Below, in pieces: positions 8,640 through 18,800 of a DNA stretch of 64,000 nt. The DNA is taken from the NCBI GenBank assembly GCA_945883815.1, contig CAMCYJ010000007.1, forward strand, positions 11,717 to 75,716. The letters are read 5' to 3'. Source of the DNA: Akkermansia muciniphila (GTDB taxonomy: Bacteria; Verrucomicrobiota; Verrucomicrobiia; Limisphaerales; UBA9464). Under the pieces are notes generated by a model. The model did not search any database and had not been told where the DNA came from. It saw nothing but the letters and a program-made list of their open reading frames with translations. A program made the position numbers and the translations under genes. Each line of letters opens with the position of its first letter. Positions within the stretch are counted from its first letter, which is position 1.

Positions 8640-8682
8640 GACACCCGGGTCGGCAATTACCCGAGTCCGGGTGTTGTTTTTT
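8640..8682 (+). terminator. Possible terminator after dapF
   Basis: Imperfect stem GACACCCGG...CCGGGTGTT followed by GTTTTTT. Confidence 0.5.
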
Positions 8683-8712
8683 CCCAATTCGCAGTAGGGT
8701 CCCAACACCCGC

Positions 8713-11700
8713 ATGAGCCTTCCGAAGAAATCCACGGCCGCACCCGCGCTGGTGGTGGGCATTTTCTTGTTCATCGTCGGGATCGCCGCGACGGCCTGGT
8801 GGTTCCACCGAGCCTCCAACGACGACTCCGAGTTCGCCGCCCACATGAATGCCGGCCGTGGCTACTACGCCGCGGGCGATGCGCGACGGGCCATCGAGGC
8901 CTTCCAAGTGGCCCTGTCGATGAACCCGTCCAATCCGGACGTTCACCTGAATCTGGCCAACGCCTTCCTCCTGGCGAGCCAACCTTCCCAAGCTCTGGTC
9001 CATGCCCGCGAGGCCCTGCAAGTCGAGCCCGGGCGCGGCGCGGCCCATTACCTGGCCGGCTGCGCGCATCTCCGCATGGGTGCCTTTTCCAACGCGGTCC
9101 AGTCTCTGACCGAGGCCAAGCAAGCCGACCGCACTCTCAATACCGTTAGTTTCCAACTGGGGCTTGCCTATGCGGGGTGGGGACGATTCCCCGATGCTGC
9201 CGAGCAGTTCGTCGAGGTGATCGAATTCGACAAGGATCACCCCTCGGCCCACTACCAACTCAGCCAAGCCTACCTGCGGCAGGGCGCCCGAGAACAGGCG
9301 GCGGCGGAGCTGGCTGAGCACCAGCGGGTCGCGGCCGGAAAGTCGCAGGCTGCTGACAACCCGACACTCTTCGAGAAATGCAAGTACACCGAGATCCTGG
9401 CCCCGTTCGCCCTCGAGCAGCCCGAATCCGACCCGGTCTCCGTCCGATTTGTGGAAGACACCGCCCGTGCTTTGGGCCCGGAAGCGGGGCGACTCAAAGG
9501 ACCGTTCGGCCTGTTTGACCTGAACCGTCGGGGTTGGAACGATGTTTTGCTGACCGATGATCAAGGGAGCTTGCGACTGCTCTGGAACTCCAACGCCACC
9601 TTCACGGCCAGGTCCGAGCCGTTGACCTCTGCGATTGGAACGATTCAGGAGATCGTCGTCGGAGACTTGAACAACGACCGCTACGACGACGCAATCCTCG
9701 TGGGATCCGAAGGGTCCCAATTGCTCAAGTTCGCCACCAATGGGTTCATCACCGATGGATCGGCTTTGGGCGGGATCCGGGCCCTGAAGGGAACGGATGC
9801 CACCCTGGGAGACATCGACATCACAGGCAAACTGGCGCTGCTGGCAGTCACCTCGGAAGGCCGTCTGCGGGCCTTCACCAATTACGGCACAGCCATCTTC
9901 CGCGAACGCAAGCCAAGCCCGGGCGATGGCTTTGATGTGACCGGAGTGACTTCGGTGACCATCGAAGATTGGAACAACGATGACCTCCCGGATGTGCTGC
10001 TCACACGCCGAGGAGAACGGCCCTGGATTTTGTCCAACCAACGTCGGGACGGCCTGTCGGCCGGGGCCCAGCCCACGGATTGGCCGGTGGCCCGATGCCT
10101 GGCCGTCGGTGATTTCAACAACGACCTCCGGGCCGACGTGGCGTTGGTGACCGAAGCCGCAGTGGCCCTGTATTTCGGCGGACTCCGTGAACCCGTGCGC
10201 CTCCCGGCCAAGAAGAACGGGATCCAAAAGATTCGCGCCCTCGACTACGACAACGATGGATGGCTGGACCTCATCACCTGGGGCTCCGATGGGCTCCGTG
10301 TCTGGCGCAACCGCGGCCGCCGGGGTTTTCACGAAATGACCGAGTCGCTGGGATTGAAGAGTCTGGCGGGCTCCACCGTGCGCCACGCCGCCTTCGCCGA
10401 TTTTGACCAGGACGGCGACATGGACTGCATCCTCGAGACTCAAGGGGGCGGAGTTCGGTTCTTCCGCAACGATGGGGCCAACGCCAACGGCCTGGTGAAG
10501 TTCCGGCCCATCGGAAACCGATCGAATTTCAGCGGCATCGGCCTTCGCATCGAACTCAACGCCGGCAATTGGCGAGCCCTGCGCAGCATCCAGCGCAAGC
10601 CCGTCGAGATTGGCGTGGGACGCCACAAGGACATCGAGACGGTCATCGCCCGCTGGGCCGACACGCAACCCTTGTTCGGGGTGAGCGCCCACCCGAAGCA
10701 GGTGGTCGACCTCATCGAACCCAAGAACCCCACTGGCTCCTGCCCTTATCTTTATGCCTGGGATGGCACCCGGTTCCGCTTCCTGACCGACATCCTCAGC
10801 TCCGCGCCCGTCGGACTGCCCTCGCGCCCCGGCCACAACATCGTGGCCGACCCGAGGGAATGGGTGGCCCTGGGCGGGACGACAGAGTTCGTTCCCAAGG
10901 AGGGTCGCTACACCGTGCAACTCACCGAAGAACTGCGCGAAATCCTCTACCTCGATGAAGCCAAGCTCGGATGGGTCGATATCGAGGCGAACGCCGAAGC
11001 CCACTCGACCAGCAAGCTGGTGCCCGGACCACCGTTCCCGCGTCACGAATTGCGGATTCTTTCGGGCCGCATCCCTCTCCGCGCCGCCCAAGCAGACAAC
11101 GGCGCCGACCTGACCGCCACTCTGGACCGTGAAGACGGCCAGCGATTCTCGCCGCGCCTGCGCGCTCCTCAACTGCGGGGACTGGCCGACAGCACCTCGG
11201 TGCTGCTCGATTTCGGTCCCTTGGCAGACCAAACCGAGTTAACCCTGGCCCTGAGCGGTTGGCTGCGTTTTGGCGGCGGCATGGCCAACATCGCGGGCAG
11301 TCACGATCCAGAGTTGCCCTTCCCCTTCCCCCAACTCGAAGCGGAGACCGCCCCCAACCAATGGCAATCGCTCCAGAAGGTGGTCGTGGGCGTACCCGCT
11401 GGACGCACCAAAACCATCCTCGTGCCCTTGGGAGGCCACTTGCCGCCGGGCACCCGACGGCTCCGGCTGACCTACGCGTTTGAGCTGCACTGGGACCGCA
11501 TCGCCCTGTTCCAGAACAACCGGCCGGCCGATGTGGGCACACTGCGCCCGACTTCTACGGACCTCCATTGGCATGGCTACGGAGAGTTTGCCGCCACAGG
11601 CCCCTCGGACCCGCTCACCCCCTTGCATGAGAATGTCCGTCAGCGTCCTCCGTGGCGGGTCACCCCCAGCGGTTGGGCCACCCGATACGGCTCGGTCGGT

Positions 11701-12045
11701 GGACTCGTCGCGGCTGAAGACAACGGCTTGGTGACGGTGGCCGCCGGCGATGAACTGACCCTGTCTTTCGACGCGGAAGCCCTGCCGAAGATTCCGTCCG
11801 GGCACCAGCGGCGCTTCTTCCTCTGGACCGTCGGCTGGAACAAAGACGCCGACTACCACGTTGCCGCCGGAGACCGCATCGAGCCCCTGCCCTGGCATGG
11901 CATGGACGACGCCCGTTACAACCGGGAAACCCGCCCGTCCTTCCCCAGCGATACGCTGCACCAGCGCTTCAACACCCGATGGGTGGGCCCGTTGAACTAC
12001 GAGCGAGTGGAGGCCCGGCGAGCAGAAAATAAAACAGGCCGATGA
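8713..12045 (+). CDS. Membrane-anchored TPR + FG-GAP/VCBS repeat + ASPIC/UnbV (CRTAC1-like) protein
   Basis: N-terminal TM helix, TPR helices, repeated GDLNNDRYDD/DYDNDGWLD/DFDQDGDMD Ca-binding loops, NRSNFSGIGLRIEL and GSCPYLYAWDG. Confidence 0.85.
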   Translation: MSLPKKSTAAPALVVGIFLFIVGIAATAWWFHRASNDDSEFAAHMNAGRGYYAAGDARRAIEAFQVALSMNPSNPDVHLNLANAFLLASQPSQALVHAREALQVEPGRGAAHYLAGCAHLRMGAFSNAVQSLTEAKQADRTLNTVSFQLGLAYAGWGRFPDAAEQFVEVIEFDKDHPSAHYQLSQAYLRQGAREQAAAELAEHQRVAAGKSQAADNPTLFEKCKYTEILAPFALEQPESDPVSVRFVEDTARALGPEAGRLKGPFGLFDLNRRGWNDVLLTDDQGSLRLLWNSNATFTARSEPLTSAIGTIQEIVVGDLNNDRYDDAILVGSEGSQLLKFATNGFITDGSALGGIRALKGTDATLGDIDITGKLALLAVTSEGRLRAFTNYGTAIFRERKPSPGDGFDVTGVTSVTIEDWNNDDLPDVLLTRRGERPWILSNQRRDGLSAGAQPTDWPVARCLAVGDFNNDLRADVALVTEAAVALYFGGLREPVRLPAKKNGIQKIRALDYDNDGWLDLITWGSDGLRVWRNRGRRGFHEMTESLGLKSLAGSTVRHAAFADFDQDGDMDCILETQGGGVRFFRNDGANANGLVKFRPIGNRSNFSGIGLRIELNAGNWRALRSIQRKPVEIGVGRHKDIETVIARWADTQPLFGVSAHPKQVVDLIEPKNPTGSCPYLYAWDGTRFRFLTDILSSAPVGLPSRPGHNIVADPREWVALGGTTEFVPKEGRYTVQLTEELREILYLDEAKLGWVDIEANAEAHSTSKLVPGPPFPRHELRILSGRIPLRAAQADNGADLTATLDREDGQRFSPRLRAPQLRGLADSTSVLLDFGPLADQTELTLALSGWLRFGGGMANIAGSHDPELPFPFPQLEAETAPNQWQSLQKVVVGVPAGRTKTILVPLGGHLPPGTRRLRLTYAFELHWDRIALFQNNRPADVGTLRPTSTDLHWHGYGEFAATGPSDPLTPLHENVRQRPPWRVTPSGWATRYGSVGGLVAAEDNGLVTVAAGDELTLSFDAEALPKIPSGHQRRFFLWTVGWNKDADYHVAAGDRIEPLPWHGMDDARYNRETRPSFPSDTLHQRFNTRWVGPLNYERVEARRAENKTGR

Positions 12046-12181
12046 CCCCGGAAGGGCCTCGGCCTGTTGAAAACGGACTGCTGAAATCGAACGGTGTACG
12101 GATGAAGTCCGGGCAGGAATTCGGCTCAACGGTCTCGAGCCTTGATTGAAACGGCTCGGCGGATGGGCACCTCGGCGGATT

Positions 12182-12529
12182 TCAGGATTCGACCGCGCTC
12201 AGCTCCACGGGTTCGACCCGCACACCCTGCTTCTTCAGCCACTGGACTCCAGCGGTAATCTCGGAGGCGGCCCCTTCGACCTCCAGGCAGACGATGCCCA
12301 CGACATCCGTCACGCTTGCTTGTCGGATGCTGGTCACCAACTTGAACTGGTGGCCCAGCTTCCAAATCACCGGCGCCTTGATGCGCTGAGGCGGGTAGGT
12401 CAGCCAGAAACGGGCGGAGGTCTTGTCGGAGTCTGAACTCTTTCGCAACGGCTTGGCTGCCTTGGAGGCCTTGGGAGCGCTCTTGGGAGGCAGTTTGGCT
12501 TGGGTAGGCTTGGAAGTTTTGGTGGACAT
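12182..12529 (-). CDS. NIL-domain protein with Lys/Ser-rich N-terminal extension
   Basis: RFWLTYPPQRIKAPVIWKLGHQFKLVTSIRQASV...LEVEG...GVQWLKKQGVRVEP pattern typical of NIL domains. Confidence 0.8.
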   Translation of the reverse strand: MSTKTSKPTQAKLPPKSAPKASKAAKPLRKSSDSDKTSARFWLTYPPQRIKAPVIWKLGHQFKLVTSIRQASVTDVVGIVCLEVEGAASEITAGVQWLKKQGVRVEPVELSAVES

Positions 12530-12564
12530 GGTGCCGTTGGAAAAGTTGGGACAACCCGAGAGGA

Positions 12565-12840
12565 TCAACCCCCGGCGATGGCCGGAATGATGCTGATCTC
12601 ATCGCCGTCCTTGATGACGGTGGCCTGATTGTCGAGGAAGCGGATGTCCTCTTCATTCAGATAAATGTTAACAAAACGTCGAACCTCTCCCTTTTCGTCA
12701 ATGAGTCGATCGGCAATGCCGGGGAACTGGTTCTGCAACTCGGCGATCGCACCAGCGATGGTGCCGGGGCTCACCTCAACCAATTCAACGTCGTGGGTGA
12801 GCTTGCGCAGCGGTGTAGGAATGCGGACTTGGACGGCCAT
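12565..12840 (-). CDS. MoaD/ThiS-family ubiquitin-like sulfur carrier protein
   Basis: MAVQVRIPTPLR...FVNIYLNEEDIRFL...IIPAIAGG with C-terminal Gly-Gly; 91 aa. Confidence 0.92.
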   Translation of the reverse strand: MAVQVRIPTPLRKLTHDVELVEVSPGTIAGAIAELQNQFPGIADRLIDEKGEVRRFVNIYLNEEDIRFLDNQATVIKDGDEISIIPAIAGG

Positions 12841-12964
12841 AAGATCGGTTTCTAAAGTTCCAGAGAATCCGGGAATCCTGCCCGAAGGCAAGAACGCTGT
12901 CATCGCCGCCATCGCCGTCAAAGGTGCCCTCGGCCGACGTCGATGACTCGACGGTTGGGCGTTG

Positions 12965-14242
12965 TCAGGCAGCAATTGCCGCCGCAGGCCTCGGAGCACC
13001 ATACGGAAGCTCGTCGGGAATCGGAGTGAAGCGGGAGAATGCCTCGAACATCCGGGAGAAATCCTTGTTCACATCACCCGACAAGCAGTCGGTGAGGTCA
13101 TTGGCCAAATCCGGAAATTGGTCGGTGATGGTCTTGAAGCTGACGTTCGGGTCGTAGAATGCGTACACCAGCTTGCGCATGTTCTCGATACTCTGTCGGG
13201 TGACCCGACCGTATTCGGTAAAACGCTCCGGGGACACATCGCCCGCTTGCAGAGCGGCATGGATGGCATCCGCCGCGGCCACGCCCGTCTTGAGGGCGAT
13301 CATCATCCCGCTGGAAAAAACGGGGTCCAGGAACCCCACGGCATCGCCCACCAGCACCAGCCCGCGGTCCGCACAGTATTCGGAACGGAACGTGTACTCG
13401 GCCGTGAGCCAGTACTGATCACAAACCTTACCGGTGGATAGGTGATCTTGGATCCACTGGTTCTGCCCGATCTCCCGTTGGAAAATCGCTTCGGGGTCCT
13501 TGAGGCCCCCACGGGTCAGGTACTTGCCATCGGCGACCACACCCACGCTCACCCGATTATTGTGCTGGGGAATATACCAGAACCAACCCTTGTCCGGAAT
13601 GAAAGCCACAGTAGTGCCGCCCTCATCGATGCCGGTGTCCCGCTTGGCTCCCTCGTAATAGGTCCAGACGGCCACCTTGTTGAGCTTGGGATCGCCGCGT
13701 CGCCAAGCGTTGCGCGTGGCGGCGATGGCCTCGCGCCCCGTTGCGTCCACGGTGACCGGGCAGCGCACTTCCACCTCACCATGCTCGCGGGACTTCACTT
13801 GGACGCCATAGTAGGTGCCCACCCCGTCTTGGAGCAGCTCGGTGACTTCCGACTCTTCCCAGACGGTGACGCCGTGCTCTCGGGCATTATCGAGCATCAT
13901 CTGGTCGAACTCGCTGCGCAGCACCTGCCACGACTGCGCCACCGTTTCGCGATCATACCGGTTGAAGAAATAGAACGGTTGCGAAGCCCGGCCCGAGGGG
14001 GACACAAACTGGACGGAATACTTCTTCATGAAGCCCGACTGGCGAAGCTTGGGGATCATCCCGATCCGCTCCAACGGCGGGTAGGTGAAGGGGATCATCG
14101 ACTCGCCAATGTGGTAGCGGGGAAACTTCTCCCGCTCGATCACCAAAACCCTGCGACCGAGCATGGCCAGAGCGGTAGCTGTGGAGCAACCGGCGGGTCC
14201 CGCTCCAATGATCACCGAATCGTAGTTTTCCAGCTTTTTCAT
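12965..14242 (-). CDS. FAD-dependent oxidoreductase of the flavin-dependent halogenase family
   Basis: GAGPAG FAD motif, FPRYHIGES, conserved Lys region GFMKKYSVQF, WFWYIP (WxWxIP) and GDAVGFLDPVFSSG. Confidence 0.85.
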   Translation of the reverse strand: MKKLENYDSVIIGAGPAGCSTATALAMLGRRVLVIEREKFPRYHIGESMIPFTYPPLERIGMIPKLRQSGFMKKYSVQFVSPSGRASQPFYFFNRYDRETVAQSWQVLRSEFDQMMLDNAREHGVTVWEESEVTELLQDGVGTYYGVQVKSREHGEVEVRCPVTVDATGREAIAATRNAWRRGDPKLNKVAVWTYYEGAKRDTGIDEGGTTVAFIPDKGWFWYIPQHNNRVSVGVVADGKYLTRGGLKDPEAIFQREIGQNQWIQDHLSTGKVCDQYWLTAEYTFRSEYCADRGLVLVGDAVGFLDPVFSSGMMIALKTGVAAADAIHAALQAGDVSPERFTEYGRVTRQSIENMRKLVYAFYDPNVSFKTITDQFPDLANDLTDCLSGDVNKDFSRMFEAFSRFTPIPDELPYGAPRPAAAIAA

Positions 14243-14403
14243 ACGTAGACGTATTATCTCTTCCTGGGAGAGGTACTCCAGTCCGCGGGACTTGCAAGTG
14301 GCAGATTGGAGAAAGTCGCCACTCCGAGGGTGAGGCTGCCCTGAAAATGGCAGCGCCGCCGTGGAACACGGCGGCGCAGCGATCAAAAAACCCTAGAAAA
14401 CCG

Positions 14404-15348
14404 TTATTGCTTAGGAACCTCAGACTTTTTCTTCTGTTCGGCGGCTTCCTTCTGGAGACGCTCGGCATCGGTGGACTTGATGACCTCGATCTGGGCGCCC
14501 TTCTTCAAGTCGTCGGCACTCGGCACCTTAATGATGTCGCTGGTGACGCTGCTGGGGAGCGGCGGCGCGACCTGCGGCTTCACCGACAGCAAGTCCACTT
14601 CGAAGATGAGCGTGGAATGCGGCGGAATCTTCGGCGGAGAACCGTTCTGTCCGTAGGCCAGCTCCGAAGGAATGACAAACTGATACTTCGAGCCCACCGG
14701 CATGAGCTGGAGACCCTCGGTCCACCCCTTGATGACTCGGCTCAGGCCAAAGCTGGCCGGCTGCCCGCGGGAATAGGAGCTATCGAACTCGGTACCATCG
14801 ACCAGCGTGCCGCGGTAATGGACCTCCACGACATCATCGCTCTTGGCTTTGGTGCCCGCAGCCGCCTTAAGCACCTTGTACTGGAGACCACTGGCCGTGA
14901 CCTGAACCCCTTCCTTGGCCTTATTGGCGGCCAAGAAAGCCTCACCCGCCACCTTGGCTTTTTCGCCGTCTTCCTTGCGCTTTTCCTCGGTCTTCTTGCG
15001 GATCTCGGTGCTGTAGTTCCGTAGGATGACATTGGCCTCACCGTCGGTGATCACCGTCGGCTTGCCGCGGAGAGCCTCCGAGAACGCCTTGATGACGATC
15101 TCGGCATCGTGCTCGTAGCTGCCGCGCGACAACTGGCGTTTAATGTCTCCGGCCAACAGCACACCCATGGCATAGCTGTGCTTTTCCAGGTCGGTGCTGA
15201 ATTTGCCGGCACCGGGATCAACCGGAGCGTTGGTGGAGGGGGCAGCGCCGGGTAAAGGCGCGGGTGGGGACACCTTGACGGCGTTGTTCTGCCCCATCAC
15301 AGAACCGGCCAGAACGCCGGACAACAGGAAGATCGGAAGTGTTTTCAT
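14404..15348 (-). CDS. FKBP-type peptidyl-prolyl cis-trans isomerase (FkpA/Mip-like, with signal peptide)
   Basis: SYAMGV N-domain, SGLQYKVL, VHYRGTLVDGTEFDSS, VIKGWTEGLQLM and LIFEVDLL. Confidence 0.95.
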   Translation of the reverse strand: MKTLPIFLLSGVLAGSVMGQNNAVKVSPPAPLPGAAPSTNAPVDPGAGKFSTDLEKHSYAMGVLLAGDIKRQLSRGSYEHDAEIVIKAFSEALRGKPTVITDGEANVILRNYSTEIRKKTEEKRKEDGEKAKVAGEAFLAANKAKEGVQVTASGLQYKVLKAAAGTKAKSDDVVEVHYRGTLVDGTEFDSSYSRGQPASFGLSRVIKGWTEGLQLMPVGSKYQFVIPSELAYGQNGSPPKIPPHSTLIFEVDLLSVKPQVAPPLPSSVTSDIIKVPSADDLKKGAQIEVIKSTDAERLQKEAAEQKKKSEVPKQ

Positions 15349-15847
15349 GGTCAGCCTGCATGCTCCACCCCGTGCTCAACGACTACTTTGGGGCGGTTGT
15401 GCGACGTCGATTTACCAACCCGTTCCCTCGAAGTCGAGCAAAGGCCGCAGCGGTGGGTCCTCATGGACGGCTCACCGAGCGAGTGAAAAGGCGGACCAAG
15501 GGCTTGAGACTTGAAAGCCCGTTTCGCGGTCACTCGGTCGCTGGAATTCATTCACACCCAACGGAGCAACCTGGGGCAGCGGGAGCGGGCCGCAGCGAGC
15601 ATTGAAGGCAAACACCCAATACCCCCTCGCGCACAGCGCGGAACCCCATCCTCCTGCGCCTTCCAGCGAGCTCCGGACGGTGCCTTGTAGGCCCGCAGGA
15701 GCCGGACGCCGGATCAGAAGACCCGGCCTACAGGAGGGCGCGAGCACTGGAGCCCGTGCCGGTTTGCCTTGGCCGCTGCATCGACGAAGCTCAGCGTTAC
15801 CACTGATGACAGTCCGCAGGCCCATCCAAAACGGTCCGGGAATAACA

Positions 15848-18800
15848 ATGGGGCGTCATGATCATCCGGGTCCGGCGACGTGGCTTTGTTGGCCAACCTT
15901 ACTGTGCCTGTTGGCAGGCTGGCTGCCGACTCTGTCCGCTCCGGTTGAGGTCGTTCCGGGCAAGGACCGCACCTTCCGGGCTGGAGTCACCTACCTGGTT
16001 GGAGGACCGGTCCGCTTGGAGGGTTCCGTGCGCTTTGAGGCGGGCTGCGTGTTGAAATTCCTGCCAGGACGTTTGGCAGCGTTGGAGTTGGGGAAAGAAG
16101 CCCGAGTTTCATGGCTGGCAACCCCCGAGGCGCCCATCGTATTCACGGCCTCCGATGATGATTCGGTGGGAGAACCTGTGCCGGGCTCGAAGGGAAAACC
16201 CTCCTCGGGCCCCTATGCGGACGTGGCACTATTGGTGAATGGTGCACACTTGGAGTCCGGACAGTCCCGCTGGAATGACTTCCGCATCTCCCATGCCCGG
16301 GTGGCCCTGCGATGGAACAAGACAACCACCGCGCTGTGGCATTTTCAGGTGCAGCACTGCGAGGTCGGCATCGAATCGACCGACAGCACCCTGGCTCTCC
16401 GCAACGGCCTCTTCCATCGGGTGAAAGCCCCCTTCAGCGACCTCAGGTCGAGCCGGGTGAACGGCCAGCAACTCACCATCGCCCGCGCCGAAGTCCTGAA
16501 CCGCAAACCCGTGGACTCCACCCTCGAACTGCTGCGCTGCATGATCGGGGAGGTGGCCGATTCCCGGGGCTACACCCATGCATCACTCGATGGAAACCCC
16601 AATTCCGTCATCCCCGACACGGTCACCGATGCCTTTGTCGAGGCTGCCGGCTCGCTGTACCTACCCCTGGGCAGCCGTCGAATCCGACCTGGGTTTGGCC
16701 ACGACCTGCTGGACCCAGAATTGGCTGCGGCGCTTCCGACCATGACGGTCCTCCCCCCCGAACTGTTGCCGCCTCAGGTCACCCAGGCGCTCTACCTGAA
16801 ACCCCGCGCCATCCGAAACCAAGCACTACCGGAAGCCGGGGGCATCAACCCGATCAAGCTGGGCTTCCACCATTGGCCCATCGACTACTGGGTCGAAGGC
16901 ACCACCGTGAGCAATAGCACGGTGACACTGTCTGCGGCCACGGTCCTTCGCGAAGCTCCCGGCCGAGGATTCCGCTGGATCGGGTCGGGCGCTCTGAAGC
17001 GCGAGACGGAGGTACAAGCATCGACGGCCGCTCCAAAAAAACGCCCAGTCCCCAGTCGTGGCGATCGTGACAGCGACGGGCGCAGCGATCTGGAGGAATA
17101 CTTCGATGGCACCGATCCGGAAGATCCCTTCTCTACCCTACCTCGCGTCCTGGCCTCCTTCGGATTTGACACCGATCGATTCGAGTCCGGGGATGGATTG
17201 CTCCCCCTGCCCGGATCCTCCGCCTCGCGCGAACCCTCCTTCGACCGCAGCGCGGCGGGATTCCATCGGACCGGGCAGGTGCTGCGTTATCCGCTGATTT
17301 GGACTCGCGATGGAGTCACTCGTACCAATCTCCAACCGAACCACGGATCGATCGCCCTCGACTACTCGCCGGACTGGTTCCATGGCGCGACCAACGACGC
17401 CCCGGGTGCCGACTGCGTCCTGATGGAAGCTCCGGGGTGGCGGGTGGTCATCGATGCCGAGGGGCGGCGATGGGGCGTCAACCGGGTTTCCGAAAACTTC
17501 CAGCAAACCCTCTGGTCGCCGCTGCCCCGATCGGCCATTCAATCCAACCCCTTCCCAGGACGAACCAACTGGACCCTGCGCTTCTCGTTCAACGCAGACA
17601 CCTTCGATCACCTCCCCCGAGAATCCCACTCACGTCCGCCCAGCCAGCGCGATGACCGCAACACCTTCAGCTTGGGCAATGCCATCGACGGCCAGTCCCC
17701 GGCGCTGGGCCGATTGGATCGGGTCCTAGTCCGCAACCACCTGGTGCCCGGAACCCTCGGCCACCCCGGCCTAGCCAACGGAATCGTCCGAAGCGATCGT
17801 CGCCCACTGGAGGCCGACGACACCGAACGGATTTCCGGAGAGTCTCTAGCCTCGGGCATCCGACTCACCTTCCCACGCGACTGGGAAGGCGACGGCGATC
17901 AGGGCGGCTTTTATCCGATCGGGCGGAGGTCCTGGGGCCCCAATCCCACCATCTGGGAAATCATCGATCGCGACGCCCGAACCTCGATCTTCACCGACAC
18001 GACCGCACGACCGGGGCAGACCTATGGTTACCGAGTGCTGCGCAATAGCCGGCCATCGCTGGAACTCTGCGTGGCGCATGACACCCCGCCCCCATCCGAC
18101 CGAGGCCGGGCCCTCTTGCTGGTGGATGAGACCCTCGTCGAATCCCTCACCGCCAGCTTGGCCCGATACCGAGCCGACCTGATCGCCGACGGCTGGGAAG
18201 TCGTCCAGCACCGGGTGCCGCGCCACGTGGACGCCGACCCACAGGACTTTGATTGCCGTCGTTATGACGCCGAAGCCCTTCCGAAGAACCGGGCCAATTT
18301 GCTGGCCATCAAAGCGCTCATCCGCCGCGAGTATCAGGCCCATCCCGGCCGCACCCAGGTCGCTGTGCTCATTGGTCATCCCACCATTCCCCAAAGCGGC
18401 TGGGCCGCGGAAGATGGCCATGTGAATTGTGAGGATCCGGCGGGCATCCACCTGGGAGCCTGGCCGGCCGACCTCTTCTACGGCGACCTCACCGGAACCT
18501 GGACCGACACCCAATCCTTCAAGACCGGTTGCCCGGATTGCCCGCGCAGCCAATGCGTCTATTGCATTCTGGGCAACGAGGCGGGCGATGGCCGCTGGGA
18601 TCAGAACGATCTCCCCCGGGAACCCGACGGCAGCCCCGGGCGCATCGAGGTGCCGCTGGGACGCATCGACTTCGCCCGGCTCTCCCACTTCGACAGCCGA
18701 TTTGCCGATCTCAAGGGGAACCCCAAAAGCGCTCTCGCGGTCGAGGTCGCACTGCTGGACCGCTACTTCGACAAGGTCTGGCGTTATCGACGCGGCCTGC

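Noticed and set aside
8599-8646. Short repeats ACCCATGGCCGC x2 and AATGACACCC x2 after dapF
   Set aside because: Only two copies each with no spacer pattern. This is not a CRISPR array and is probably local slippage next to a terminator.
8509-11232. 907-aa minus-strand ORF, and similar long antisense ORFs (2287-3444, 53690-55756, 57332-60082, 27217-28743)
   Set aside because: They lie antisense to well-supported genes and show no motifs. Such shadow ORFs are expected in high-GC, codon-biased DNA.
12841-12964. SAM or Moco riboswitch upstream of the MoaD-family gene
   Set aside because: The conserved core sequences were not recognisable. An Infernal scan would be needed.
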